Below are positions 18,232 through 26,966 of a DNA stretch of 64,000 bases, piece after piece (the stretch's first letter is position 1; each line of letters opens with the position of its first letter). Position numbers and translations under genes: made by a program. Under the pieces are notes generated by a model. It did not search any database, had not been told where the DNA came from, and saw nothing but the letters and a program-made list of their open reading frames with translations. Origin of the DNA: Candidatus Omnitrophota bacterium (GTDB lineage Bacteria > Omnitrophota > Gorgyraeia > Aquiviventales > Aquiviventaceae); NCBI GenBank assembly GCA_016180575.1, contig JACPAY010000004.1, positions 58,883 to 122,882 of the forward strand, in the 5' to 3' direction.

Positions 18232-19407
18232 ATGAGCAACCAACGGGGCACCGCCGTGCTCATGTCCCTGAGCATCGTCGTCTTGCTCGGGACGCTGGGC
18301 TCCACGCTGCTCATGCGCAGCCTCCACGAGCGCCAGCTGGGCAGCCGCAGCGCCGCCCGGCACCAGGCCTTCTTCCTCGCCGACGGCGCCATCGACCGGG
18401 CGCTCCTGAACCTCCGCACCCCGGACGTGCTCACCGACGACATCACCGCCGGCACCCTGCTGAGCGGCACGTTCCAGGTCGACACCCCGGCGGAATCGCT
18501 GGGGGCCCTGCGGTGGCGGGTGACGACCCGCGGGTTCAGCCAGCAGGAGGAGCGCCGCATGGAGGCGGTCGTCCAGCTCACCCCGGAGTCCGTGTTTCAA
18601 TACGCCCTCTTCGGCGATCAGGTGGTCAACGTCAGCGGCAACGCGACGACCGACAGCTACGATTCGACCCTTGGCCCCTACAACGACGACGAGGACTCCC
18701 CCGACTACAACGCCGGGCACAACGGGGATGTCGGCACGAACGGCACGTCGGCCGGCGACGTCGCGATCGGCGGCAGCATCTTCGTGGACGGCCAGGTCAC
18801 GGTCGGGCCTGGGGCCGATGACCCGGAGTCCCTGGTCACCGGCTATGACCCCGCGTTCGTCACCGGCGGGACCGATCCCCCATCGGACACGCAGGACGTG
18901 GTGTCGTCGGACATGGCCATGCCGATGCCGCCGGTGGTCGTCCCCTCCGGGCTGACCTGCGAGGACTACACGGTCGCCGGGAACACGACGGTGACCCTGC
19001 CGCCGGGCACGTACTGCTACCAGAACCTGACGATCCAGGGCAACGGGAACCTGACCTCGTCCGGCCCCGTGACCATCTACGTGATCGGGGAGCTGACCGC
19101 GCAGGGCAACTCCGTGGTCGGCGTGCCCAACGATCCGAGCCAGATGCTGTTCCAGATGAGCGCCACGGCCGAGGGGACGCTGGAGCAGACCATCCAGGGC
19201 AACAACACGTTCTACGGGGCGATCTACGGGCCCGATGCGACGTTCAACATCCAGGGCAACGCCACGATCTACGGCTCCGTCATGGCCCGGAACGTCAACG
19301 TGAGCGGCAACGCCGATCTCCACTACGACGAGGCGCTGACCGACGAGACCCAGATCTCCGGCCTGTACGGCACGCGCCTCCTCTCGTGGCGCGAGCTGGC
19401 GGATTGA
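18232..19407 (+). CDS. PilX/TadG-like pilus-associated protein
   Basis: An N-terminal hydrophobic segment follows MSNQRGTAVLMSLSIVVLL. The C-terminal part has repeated xxGNA/IQGN units (FNIQGNATIYGSVMARNVNVSGNADLHYDEAL), typical of PilX/TadG-type proteins. Confidence 0.6.
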   Translation: MSNQRGTAVLMSLSIVVLLGTLGSTLLMRSLHERQLGSRSAARHQAFFLADGAIDRALLNLRTPDVLTDDITAGTLLSGTFQVDTPAESLGALRWRVTTRGFSQQEERRMEAVVQLTPESVFQYALFGDQVVNVSGNATTDSYDSTLGPYNDDEDSPDYNAGHNGDVGTNGTSAGDVAIGGSIFVDGQVTVGPGADDPESLVTGYDPAFVTGGTDPPSDTQDVVSSDMAMPMPPVVVPSGLTCEDYTVAGNTTVTLPPGTYCYQNLTIQGNGNLTSSGPVTIYVIGELTAQGNSVVGVPNDPSQMLFQMSATAEGTLEQTIQGNNTFYGAIYGPDATFNIQGNATIYGSVMARNVNVSGNADLHYDEALTDETQISGLYGTRLLSWRELAD

Positions 19408-19410
19408 CCG

Positions 19411-19917
19411 ATGCCCGCGATCCGGCGGTCCGGCCTCACGCTGGTTGAGCTGCTGGTGGGCGCCGTGGTGCTCGCCGTGGCGGTCACGGCGCTGCTGGGC
19501 GCGTTCCTGGGCCAGCTGACCATGAACGAGCATGCCCGCCGCCTGGCCTGGGCCGCCAACGACGCCAGCCGCGTCATGGAGCAGGTGCGCCGGCAGAACA
19601 GCGGCGGCGCCTGTGCCGCCCCCAGCGCGAACCCGCCCGCCGGCTTTGGGAGCTGGGACGCGTGGCTGGCGGATGCGAGCGCGAGCGGCGGGGGCGGGAA
19701 GAGCATCGAGCCGGCAGGGGACGAGCTGGTCGTGGTGACCCCCGCCGGAGCCAATCCGCTGACGGTGACCGTGGCGGTCTGCTGGCGGCACCGCGCCCGC
19801 ATCCTGGGCGAATGCACAGGGGCGGGGGCGCTGGCCCCGAGCCCCGGCGCCGGCGGCAATCCGCTCGTGACGGAGTCCCCCGCGATGCTGGCCACGCTCG
19901 TCACGTGCCGGCGATGA
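19411..19917 (+). CDS. prepilin-type N-terminal cleavage/methylation domain protein (pseudopilin)
   Basis: The class III signal is RRSG/LTLVELLVGAVVLAV. Confidence 0.75.
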   Translation: MPAIRRSGLTLVELLVGAVVLAVAVTALLGAFLGQLTMNEHARRLAWAANDASRVMEQVRRQNSGGACAAPSANPPAGFGSWDAWLADASASGGGGKSIEPAGDELVVVTPAGANPLTVTVAVCWRHRARILGECTGAGALAPSPGAGGNPLVTESPAMLATLVTCRR

Positions 19918-20552
19918 GGCGCCGCGCGATGGCCGCCGCCCCTCGGCATCGGGCCGGCATGACGCTGATCGAGATCCTCTTCGTGCTCGTGATCTTCGGC
20001 GGCCTGCTGGCCACGCTGATGGCGAGCCTCCTCGTGAGCCGCACGTCCTATGTCTCCGCCGACGCGTTCGTGCAGGTCCAGCAGGAAGCGCGCCGGGCCT
20101 TCGACGTCATGGTCAAGGAGCTCCGGGAGGCCGGCCAGGTGAACAACAACGTGGCCATCGCCGTCCCCGGCGTGCAGCGGCTGGATTTCCAGATCGATCG
20201 CGGCTACGACGCGGCGGCCTGCGGCGGCGTCTGTTGGGGCACCGAGAACCCCGCGTTCCCGAGCGGCTGGGTCCACTACGTCCTCGATGCGGCGACCCCG
20301 CCCGCGCCGCGCCTGATGCGCTGCGTCACGGCGGGACGGCTGGACCCCATGCCGGCCGACTTCGCCGGCTGCCGCGTCCTCGCCAACCACGTCAGCGCGG
20401 CCTTGGCCAACTCCTCCTTCGTCTACGACCATGGGAACCGGATCGTGACGGTCCGGCTCCAGGCCTCGCTCACCTCCCAGCAGCTGCCGGGCGGGACCAT
20501 CGGCACGACACCGGTCCCCCTCATGACGCAGGTGCGGCTCCGGAACACCTGA
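19914..20552 (+). CDS. pseudopilin (PulJ/GspJ-like)
   Basis: The signal is HRAG/MTLIEILFVLVIFGG. The start overlaps the upstream stop (ATGA). ATG 19929 is an alternative start. Confidence 0.7.
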   Translation: MRRRAMAAAPRHRAGMTLIEILFVLVIFGGLLATLMASLLVSRTSYVSADAFVQVQQEARRAFDVMVKELREAGQVNNNVAIAVPGVQRLDFQIDRGYDAAACGGVCWGTENPAFPSGWVHYVLDAATPPAPRLMRCVTAGRLDPMPADFAGCRVLANHVSAALANSSFVYDHGNRIVTVRLQASLTSQQLPGGTIGTTPVPLMTQVRLRNT

Positions 20553-20587
20553 CCCTCCCCCTTCAGAACTTGTTGGAGGCCAGCCAG

Positions 20588-20604
20588 ATCAGGCATACTT
20601 AAGG
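20588..20604 (+). promoter_or_regulatory. conserved motif ATCAGGCATACTTAAGG upstream of pseudopilin module 2
   Basis: This is the second copy of the 18191 motif. Here GG (20592-20593) and GC (20604-20605) have the GG-N10-GC spacing of sigma-54 promoters. Confidence 0.35.
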
Positions 20605-20687
20605 CACAGACACCCTGGTGCGCCGAGGGCGGGCAACGCGATGGGCCTGGCCTCGACACCGTCGGGGCACGGCCTCGGTTGCCGCGG

Positions 20688-20725
20688 ACACGGGTTCCTG
20701 AAGGGACCCGTGTTGCCATTTTTTT
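20688..20725 (+). terminator. intrinsic-terminator-like hairpin plus T7 immediately before an RBS (possible attenuator)
   Basis: ACACGGGTTCC pairs with GGGACCCGTGT across a tgaa loop. TGCCA and then T7 (20719-20725) follow, then GGAGG (20726-20730) and the ATG at 20736. Confidence 0.6.
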
Positions 20726-20735
20726 GGAGGACCCG

Positions 20736-21155
20736 ATGGACCGATCGCGGGCGGGGATGACGCTGGTCGAGCTGCTGTGCGGCATCGGCGTCCTGGTCAT
20801 CGCCGGGATGTGGCTCCTGGGGTCGTACCATTCCGCGCTCCACCTCACCGAGGTCTCGCAGCAGACGACCGTGGCCATCAACGACCTCAGGGACATGATG
20901 GAGCGGATCAAGGCCACGCCGTTCACCCAGCTCCAGGCCAGCTTCCCCCACGGCGTGGCGAACGGCCCGGGCGGCGCGCGCGCCTATCCGAGCGTGGTCG
21001 GCGGCTACACCCTCCCCGCCGAGCAGATCACCGTCACCCACAGCCCGAACGCGACCGCGGACCCGAGGGAGCTGACCGTGCAGCTCACCTGGACGAACCG
21101 GGGACGTGTCTACCAGCGGCGCGTCGAGACGGTGCGAGCGAGCGAGGCGAGCTGA
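20736..21155 (+). CDS. pseudopilin
   Basis: The signal is SRAG/MTLVELLCGIGVLVIAG. RBS GGAGG lies 5 nt upstream. Confidence 0.7.
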   Translation: MDRSRAGMTLVELLCGIGVLVIAGMWLLGSYHSALHLTEVSQQTTVAINDLRDMMERIKATPFTQLQASFPHGVANGPGGARAYPSVVGGYTLPAEQITVTHSPNATADPRELTVQLTWTNRGRVYQRRVETVRASEAS

Positions 21156-21157
21156 CG

Positions 21158-21781
21158 ATGCATACCGGTATCAGATACCGGTCGAAGCTGCCGGTTAATT
21201 GGCCGGTATCTGATACCGGAACTGCCGCGGGGTTTACGCTCGTGGAGACGATGGTGGCCGGCACCCTCCTCGTCTCCCTCAGCCTGGTGGCGGCGCTCTG
21301 GCTGGCCGGCGTCTCCGACCTGTGGTGGACGGCGACGACGCAGGGCGAGGTCCGCCGCGCGGCCCAGCAGGCCATGAACCGCATGGTGGATGAGCTGCGC
21401 TCCGCGACGCGGACCGCCATCGGCAGCCCCCCGAACGCGTCCATCCCCGCGGCCCCCGGGAACACCGCGGCGACGTTCTACCTCCCCGCCGACGAGGATG
21501 GGAACGGCCTCATCATCGACGCGGTGGGCAACACGGAATGGGATACCCCCAACCCGGTGCAGTACGCCTACGTGCCGGCGCAGCGGCAGCTTGTCCGGAT
21601 CCAGGGCGGGCAGCAACGGATCCTCGCCAATGACATCGCCGCCATCAGCTTTGAAGACGCGCTGCTCAATCCCGCGCTGTACCAGAACGAGATGAAGATT
21701 ACGCTGACCATGCAGCGGACGACGCCGCAGCGGCGGACGGTCTCGGCGACCGCCGTGGAAATCGTGAAGCTGAGGAACTGA
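21158..21781 (+). CDS. pseudopilin with an unusually long leader
   Basis: TAAG/FTLVETMVAGTLLVSL is preceded by a 25-aa leader. The DNA of that leader contains two 17-bp palindromes. Confidence 0.7.
   Translation: MHTGIRYRSKLPVNWPVSDTGTAAGFTLVETMVAGTLLVSLSLVAALWLAGVSDLWWTATTQGEVRRAAQQAMNRMVDELRSATRTAIGSPPNASIPAAPGNTAATFYLPADEDGNGLIIDAVGNTEWDTPNPVQYAYVPAQRQLVRIQGGQQRILANDIAAISFEDALLNPALYQNEMKITLTMQRTTPQRRTVSATAVEIVKLRN
21165..21219. repeat. two copies of the 17-bp palindrome CCGGTATC[A/T]GATACCGG
   Basis: The copies are at 21165-21181 and 21203-21219, with centres 38 bp apart. They lie inside the 5' end of the pseudopilin CDS. Confidence 0.85.
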
Positions 21782-21794
21782 CGGAGCGCCGACG

Positions 21795-23438
21795 ATGACC
21801 AACAGGCGAGGGCAGGCGGTCGTGCTGGCCTACCTGGCCGTGCTGGTCATGACGGTCCTGGGCGGCTCGCTGCTGAACCACAGCTTCTCCGCGCAGCGGG
21901 AGAGCCACATCCAGCAGCTCCAGGCCGAGCTGCTCTACATGGCCGAGGGCGGCCTGGAGGACGGGGTGTCGCGCTTCGCGAAGGCCATCGCGAACTTCGA
22001 CGTCGACGCCAACACGGCCCGGTACCCCGCCGTCGGCTCGCTCGCGACCGCGTTCTCCTCCGGGACGGCCGCCTCCACGGTGATCACGGAGGCGGAGCCG
22101 CTGCCGCGCACCATCGCGGACCCGGACGGGGTCTCGCTCTTCGTGAAGAACTACCATGTCGCCACGACCGTCCAGCATCCGGCGAGCAACCTGTCCATGA
22201 CGCTCCACCAGATCGTGACGCGGCGGATCATCTACACGTTCCAGCATGCGGTGTTCTACGACCATGACCTGGAGTGGCTGCCCGGCCCGGACATGACCTT
22301 GACGGGCCGGGTGCACAGCAACGGCGACGTCTACCTCGGCACCCATGGCATCCTGACGGTGGACAGCGAGTACCTCCGCGCGGTCGGCGGCCTCTACAAC
22401 CGGCGCAAGGACGACCCAGGCGCCCCGATGGGCGGGGTCGTGCAGATCAAGAAAGCGGGCACCAACCCCGCCCAGTTCCCGACGATGTCGGGCCTTGACA
22501 GCGACGACGCCACCTGGGCCGCCGATGCCCAGTCGCGGTGGGGCGGCACGGTCAAGTCGGGGGTGCACGGGGTGACGAGGCGCGCCGTCCCGGTCATCGG
22601 CTCGATCGCCCCCGGCGGGTTCTACGACCAGCACGCCGGCCTCAAGGTGGTCGAGGGGCAGCTGGTGCAGGACGGCATGGTCCTGGTCGAGGGGCGCGAC
22701 ATCCCCCCCGGCACCGTGATGACGGCGGACGATTTCTACAACAACCGGGAAGGGAAGCACGTGCGGATGACAACCATCGACCTCCGGAAGCTGGCCGGCC
22801 ACTTCGACGCCGACGGGGACGGCGCGGAGGATCCGCCCGGCCGCAACGGCAACCGCTTCACGAACCGCCTGCCGGCGAACGGGCTGCTCTACGCCAACGG
22901 GCGCACCACGCCGGCGACGCACCAGCCGGGGATCCGGCTCATCCGCGGCGCCGAGATCGCGCGCGCCGGCGGGCTCACGGTGGTCTCGCCGGTCCCGGTG
23001 TACCTCCAGGGGGATTACAACACGGTGGGCAAGAAGCCGACCGCGGTGATCGCCGACGCGGTCAACCTGCTCTCGAACAACTGGCGGGACCCGACGAGCC
23101 TCTCCCGGCTCAGCAGCCGGACGGCCGCCACCACGACCGTCAACACCGCCTTCATCGCCGGCATCACGGACACCAGCCCCGGCCGGTACAACGGGGGGCT
23201 CGAAAACTACCCCCGGCTCCACGAGAACTGGAGCAGCCGAGAACTCCGGATCACGGGCTCCTTCGTCTCGCTGTGGAACAGCCAGATTGCGACCGGGCGC
23301 TGGCAGTACGGCGACCCGCAGTACACCGCCCCCGTCCGGCGGTGGAGCTACGAGACGAGCTTTGCGGACGGGACCAACCTGCCGCCGTTCACCCCCTGGG
23401 CGGTCGAGATCACCAAGGGCGCCTGGTGGAAAGACTAA
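21795..23438 (+). CDS. large PilX-N-terminal-like secreted/pilus-associated protein
   Basis: The N-terminus MTNRRGQAVVLAYLAVLVMTVLGGSLL resembles that of the 18232 gene. The remaining ~500 aa were not recognised. Confidence 0.55.
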   Translation: MTNRRGQAVVLAYLAVLVMTVLGGSLLNHSFSAQRESHIQQLQAELLYMAEGGLEDGVSRFAKAIANFDVDANTARYPAVGSLATAFSSGTAASTVITEAEPLPRTIADPDGVSLFVKNYHVATTVQHPASNLSMTLHQIVTRRIIYTFQHAVFYDHDLEWLPGPDMTLTGRVHSNGDVYLGTHGILTVDSEYLRAVGGLYNRRKDDPGAPMGGVVQIKKAGTNPAQFPTMSGLDSDDATWAADAQSRWGGTVKSGVHGVTRRAVPVIGSIAPGGFYDQHAGLKVVEGQLVQDGMVLVEGRDIPPGTVMTADDFYNNREGKHVRMTTIDLRKLAGHFDADGDGAEDPPGRNGNRFTNRLPANGLLYANGRTTPATHQPGIRLIRGAEIARAGGLTVVSPVPVYLQGDYNTVGKKPTAVIADAVNLLSNNWRDPTSLSRLSSRTAATTTVNTAFIAGITDTSPGRYNGGLENYPRLHENWSSRELRITGSFVSLWNSQIATGRWQYGDPQYTAPVRRWSYETSFADGTNLPPFTPWAVEITKGAWWKD

Positions 23439-23468
23439 TCGGCCGGCCTGCACCCCCGGAAGTTATTC

Positions 23469-23497
23469 TTGACAAGATTGGTAGTATATCATACACT
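23469..23497 (+). promoter_or_regulatory. sigma-70 promoter TTGACA-17-TACACT, leaderless, overlapping an imperfect palindrome
   Basis: TTGACA is at 23469-23474 and TACACT at 23492-23497. The ATG (23505) starts 7 nt after the -10. GTAGTATATCATAC (23481-23494) is 10/14 self-complementary and may be an Rrf2 operator. Confidence 0.55.
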
Positions 23498-23504
23498 TGA
23501 AGCA

Positions 23505-24002
23505 ATGAAGCTGTCGACTCGGTCGACCTATGGGATGCGGGCGCTGGTGGAGCTCGCCCTGGCCGAGGGCCGGGGGCCGGTGTCCGCCGCCGCCATCGCG
23601 AAGCGGCAGGATCTCTCCGTCGCCTACCTCGAGCAGCTCCTCCACCGGCTGAAGAAGCGCCGGGTGGTCACCAGCATCCGCGGTCCCCGCGGCGGCTACG
23701 TGCTGGCCAAGGAGCCGGCTCGGATTACCATGGCGGAGGTGGTCCTCGTCTTGGACGGCCTGGACGGAGCCAACGGCGCATCAGTCCCGAACGGCCGACC
23801 GTCGGCCAAGGCCGGACGCGCGAAGACGACCGAGCCCAAGGACGCGCACCGGCACGCCCAGCGGATCGCCCAGGCGGTGTGGCGGTGCGTGCATGAGCGG
23901 TTGACGCAGTCGCTGGGCACCATCACGCTCCAGGACCTGTGCGATGAGGTGCGCGCCCAGACGGGCGAACCGCTGGACCACCGGTATGAGTTCCATATCT
24001 AA
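23505..24002 (+). CDS. Rrf2-family transcriptional regulator
   Basis: MKLSTRSTYGMRALVELA...ISVAYLEQLLHRLKKRRVVTSIRGPRGGY is the Rrf2 winged-helix pattern. Confidence 0.85.
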   Translation: MKLSTRSTYGMRALVELALAEGRGPVSAAAIAKRQDLSVAYLEQLLHRLKKRRVVTSIRGPRGGYVLAKEPARITMAEVVLVLDGLDGANGASVPNGRPSAKAGRAKTTEPKDAHRHAQRIAQAVWRCVHERLTQSLGTITLQDLCDEVRAQTGEPLDHRYEFHI

Positions 24003-24007
24003 CGGGC

Positions 24008-24559
24008 ATGACCAAGGACCAGGTGCGGGGCAGGATGCTCCGCCGCTTGAGACAACAGAAGGAGGACGCACGGCGTCGACGAAGCGAGGCGATTCGGCGG
24101 AAGGTGTTCCGCCTGGCGGCGTTTCGGCGGGCGCGGACGGTGTGCTGCTATGTCGCCCTGCCGTATGAAGTGCAGACGTGGCGGTTGATTGAGGAGATGC
24201 TCGCGAAAGGCAAACGGGTGGTGGTGCCGGTCATGCGGCCGCGGACCAAGCGGCTGGGCCTCTCTGAGGTCCGGGATCCCGGCGCCGAGCTCGTCCGAGG
24301 CTCGTTCGGCGTCTGGGAGCCGGCGCCCTCGGCGAGGCGGCCGGTGCCGCTCGGCGCGCTCGACCTTGTGCTCGTGCCGGGGATCGCTTTTGACCGGCGC
24401 GGCCGCCGGCTGGGCCACGGGCACGGGTACTTCGACCGGTTCCTCGCGCGCGTGCCCAAGACCATCCCGACGGTCGGACTCGCCTTCCGGTTTCAAGTCC
24501 TCGATCGCCTGCCGCTCGCTGCGCACGACCGCGCCGTCCGGACCATCCTCACCGCCTAG
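24008..24559 (+). CDS. 5-formyltetrahydrofolate cyclo-ligase
   Basis: LDLVLVPGIAFDRRGRRLGHGHGYFDRFL is the family signature. Confidence 0.85.
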   Translation: MTKDQVRGRMLRRLRQQKEDARRRRSEAIRRKVFRLAAFRRARTVCCYVALPYEVQTWRLIEEMLAKGKRVVVPVMRPRTKRLGLSEVRDPGAELVRGSFGVWEPAPSARRPVPLGALDLVLVPGIAFDRRGRRLGHGHGYFDRFLARVPKTIPTVGLAFRFQVLDRLPLAAHDRAVRTILTA

Positions 24560-24588
24560 CCTTGACGCCAACCCGGTGACGAGGGGGC

Positions 24589-26157
24589 ATGACCATGTCA
24601 GGAATCATCGTAACCCTAGTTGCGCTCGTGGGGGCTGCGTGCGGGATCGGGGTCGGATACGCGGTGCGCGCGATGCGCAGCCGCAAGACCCTGAGCAGCG
24701 CCGAGGCGAAATCGAAGCAGCTCGTGGAGGACGCCAGCCGCCAGGCCAAGGCGATCGCCAAGCAGGCGGAGCTGGAAGCGAAGGAGCACCTCCACACCCT
24801 GCGCCAGGAGTTCGAGGAGAAGACGCGGGACCGCCGGAATGAGCTCTCGCAGCTTGAGAAGCGGCTCCACCAGCGGGAGGAGCTCCTCGACCGGAAGCTG
24901 GACCTCCTGGACCGGAAGGAGAAGGATCTGACCGAGCGCGACCGGCAGCTCGCCGGCCGCACGCAGGCGTTCACGGAAAAGACCGAGCACCTCGAGCAGC
25001 TCATCGCCGAGGAGAAAGAGAAGCTGAAGACCGTCTCGGGCCTGGGCCAGGAGGAGGCCAAGCAGCTCCTCCTCTCGCGCCTCGAGCAGGAGTGCCGCGC
25101 CGAGGCCGGCATGGTCATCAAGCACGTGGAGGAGGACACCAAGCGGGACGCGCAGGCCACCGCCCGGCGCATCCTGGTCGAGACGATGCAGCGCTGCGCC
25201 GCCGAGTTCACCGTCGAGACCAGCACGTCCGTGATCCAGCTGCCCAACGAGGACATGAAGGGGCGGATCATCGGCCGCGAGGGCCGCAACATCAAGGCCT
25301 TCGAGCTGGCGACGGGGGTGGACCTCATCGTGGACGACACGCCCGATGTCGTGACCCTCTCCTCGTTCGACGCGGTCCGGCGCGAGGTCGCCAAGCAGTC
25401 GCTCGAGCGGCTCATGTCCGACGGGCGCATCCATCCCGCCCGCATCGAGGAGGTCGTGGAGAAGGTCCGCAAGGAGTTCAACCAGCACATCATCCAGGAG
25501 GGGGAGAAGACGGTCAGCGAGCTGGGCGCCCACGGCGTCAACCCGGAGCTGGTGAAGCTCATGGGGCGGCTGCGCTACCGGACCAGCTACGGCCAGAACG
25601 TGCTCGTCCACTCGAAGGAGACGGGGTACCTCTGCGGGATGATCGCCGCGGAGCTCGGCCTCGACCAGCGCCTGGCGCGCCGGTGCGGCCTCCTGCACGA
25701 CGTCGGCAAGGCGGTGAGCCACGAGGTGGAGGGGCCGCACGCCATCATCGGCGGGGAGCTCGCCAAGAAGTACGGCGAGGCCCCGGAGGTGGTCCACGCC
25801 ATCGAGGCGCATCACGAGGACGTGGCGCCGACGACGCTCTACGCGGTGCTGACGATCGTGGCCGACTCCATCAGCGGCTCGCGGCCCGGCGCGCGCGGCG
25901 ACACGCTGGAGAACTACGTCAAGCGGCTCCAGGCGCTCGAGGCGATCTGCGACTCCTTCAGCGGGGTCGAGAAGGCCTACGCGATCCAGGCGGGGCGCGA
26001 GGTGCGGGTCATCGTCCAGCCGGAGCGGGTGACCGACCTTGAGGCGATCGCCCTCTCGCGCGAGATCAAGCGGAAGGTGGAAAGCTCCATCGAGTTCCCG
26101 GGCCAGATCAAGATCACCGTCATCCGCGAGACCCGCTCCATCGAGTACGCTCGCTGA
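24589..26157 (+). CDS. rny: ribonuclease Y
   Basis: Shows an N-terminal TM segment, a coiled coil, a KH domain (GRIIGREGRNIKAFE) and an HD domain (LLHDVGKAV...HH). Confidence 0.92.
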   Translation: MTMSGIIVTLVALVGAACGIGVGYAVRAMRSRKTLSSAEAKSKQLVEDASRQAKAIAKQAELEAKEHLHTLRQEFEEKTRDRRNELSQLEKRLHQREELLDRKLDLLDRKEKDLTERDRQLAGRTQAFTEKTEHLEQLIAEEKEKLKTVSGLGQEEAKQLLLSRLEQECRAEAGMVIKHVEEDTKRDAQATARRILVETMQRCAAEFTVETSTSVIQLPNEDMKGRIIGREGRNIKAFELATGVDLIVDDTPDVVTLSSFDAVRREVAKQSLERLMSDGRIHPARIEEVVEKVRKEFNQHIIQEGEKTVSELGAHGVNPELVKLMGRLRYRTSYGQNVLVHSKETGYLCGMIAAELGLDQRLARRCGLLHDVGKAVSHEVEGPHAIIGGELAKKYGEAPEVVHAIEAHHEDVAPTTLYAVLTIVADSISGSRPGARGDTLENYVKRLQALEAICDSFSGVEKAYAIQAGREVRVIVQPERVTDLEAIALSREIKRKVESSIEFPGQIKITVIRETRSIEYAR

Positions 26158-26966
26158 TGAAGATCTTGCTCATCGGGGACATCATCGGGCAGCCGGGGCG
26201 CGTGGTCGTGGAGCGCGAGGTCATCCGCCTGCGCGAGGAGCGCGCGATTGACTTGGTCGTGGCGAACTGTGAAAATGTGGCGGGTGGCGCCGGGGTGACG
26301 CCCAGCACCGCCGAGGACCTGTTCCGCGCCGGCGTGGACGTCCTCACCTCCGGCAACCACGTCTGGCGCAAGCGCGAGGCGCTCGAGCTGCTCAAGCTCG
26401 ATCCCCGGGTCCTGCGGCCGGCGAACTATCCGGACGGCACGCCCGGCTCGGGGTCCACCATCGTCGAAACGCTCTCCGGCCACAAGGTCGGCATCCTCAA
26501 CGTCATGGGCCGCGTCTTCATGGAGCCGCTGGACTGCCCGTTCCGCACCGCCGAGCGGGAGCTCAAGCGCCTTTCGCTCGTCACCCCGGTCATCATCGTG
26601 GACATGCACGCCGAGGCGACGAGCGAGAAGGTCGCGATGGGCTGGTTCCTCGACGGGAAGGTCTCGGCGGTCTTCGGGACGCACACCCACATCCCCACCG
26701 CCGATGAGCGCATCCTGCCGCAGGGCACCGCCTTCATCACCGATGTCGGGATGACCGGGCCGTACGACTCGGTCATCGGGCGGCGGGTCGACCAGATCCT
26801 GGAGCGCTTCCTCTCCAACCGGCCGGTGAAGTCCGACGTGGCGGAGGGGAACGTGCAGCTGCGCGGCCTGCTCGTCGAGGTGGACCAGCGGACCGGGAAG
26901 GCCCAGGCGGTTGAGCGCATCACGAGGACCCTGGATGGAGCCGTCGCCGCTCGCGGCCGCGACTGA
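26157..26966 (+). CDS. YmdB-like metallophosphoesterase (TIGR00282-type)
   Basis: MKILLIGDIIGQPGR...VVANCENVAGGAG...GNH pattern. It sits immediately after rny, as in many bacteria. Confidence 0.88.
   Translation: MKILLIGDIIGQPGRVVVEREVIRLREERAIDLVVANCENVAGGAGVTPSTAEDLFRAGVDVLTSGNHVWRKREALELLKLDPRVLRPANYPDGTPGSGSTIVETLSGHKVGILNVMGRVFMEPLDCPFRTAERELKRLSLVTPVIIVDMHAEATSEKVAMGWFLDGKVSAVFGTHTHIPTADERILPQGTAFITDVGMTGPYDSVIGRRVDQILERFLSNRPVKSDVAEGNVQLRGLLVEVDQRTGKAQAVERITRTLDGAVAARGRD

Noticed and set aside
22703-22709. C7 homopolymer inside the 547-aa PilX-like gene as a contingency locus.
   Set aside because: It encodes Pro-Pro in a GC-rich gene. A run of 7 is short and expected by composition, and there is no supporting evidence.
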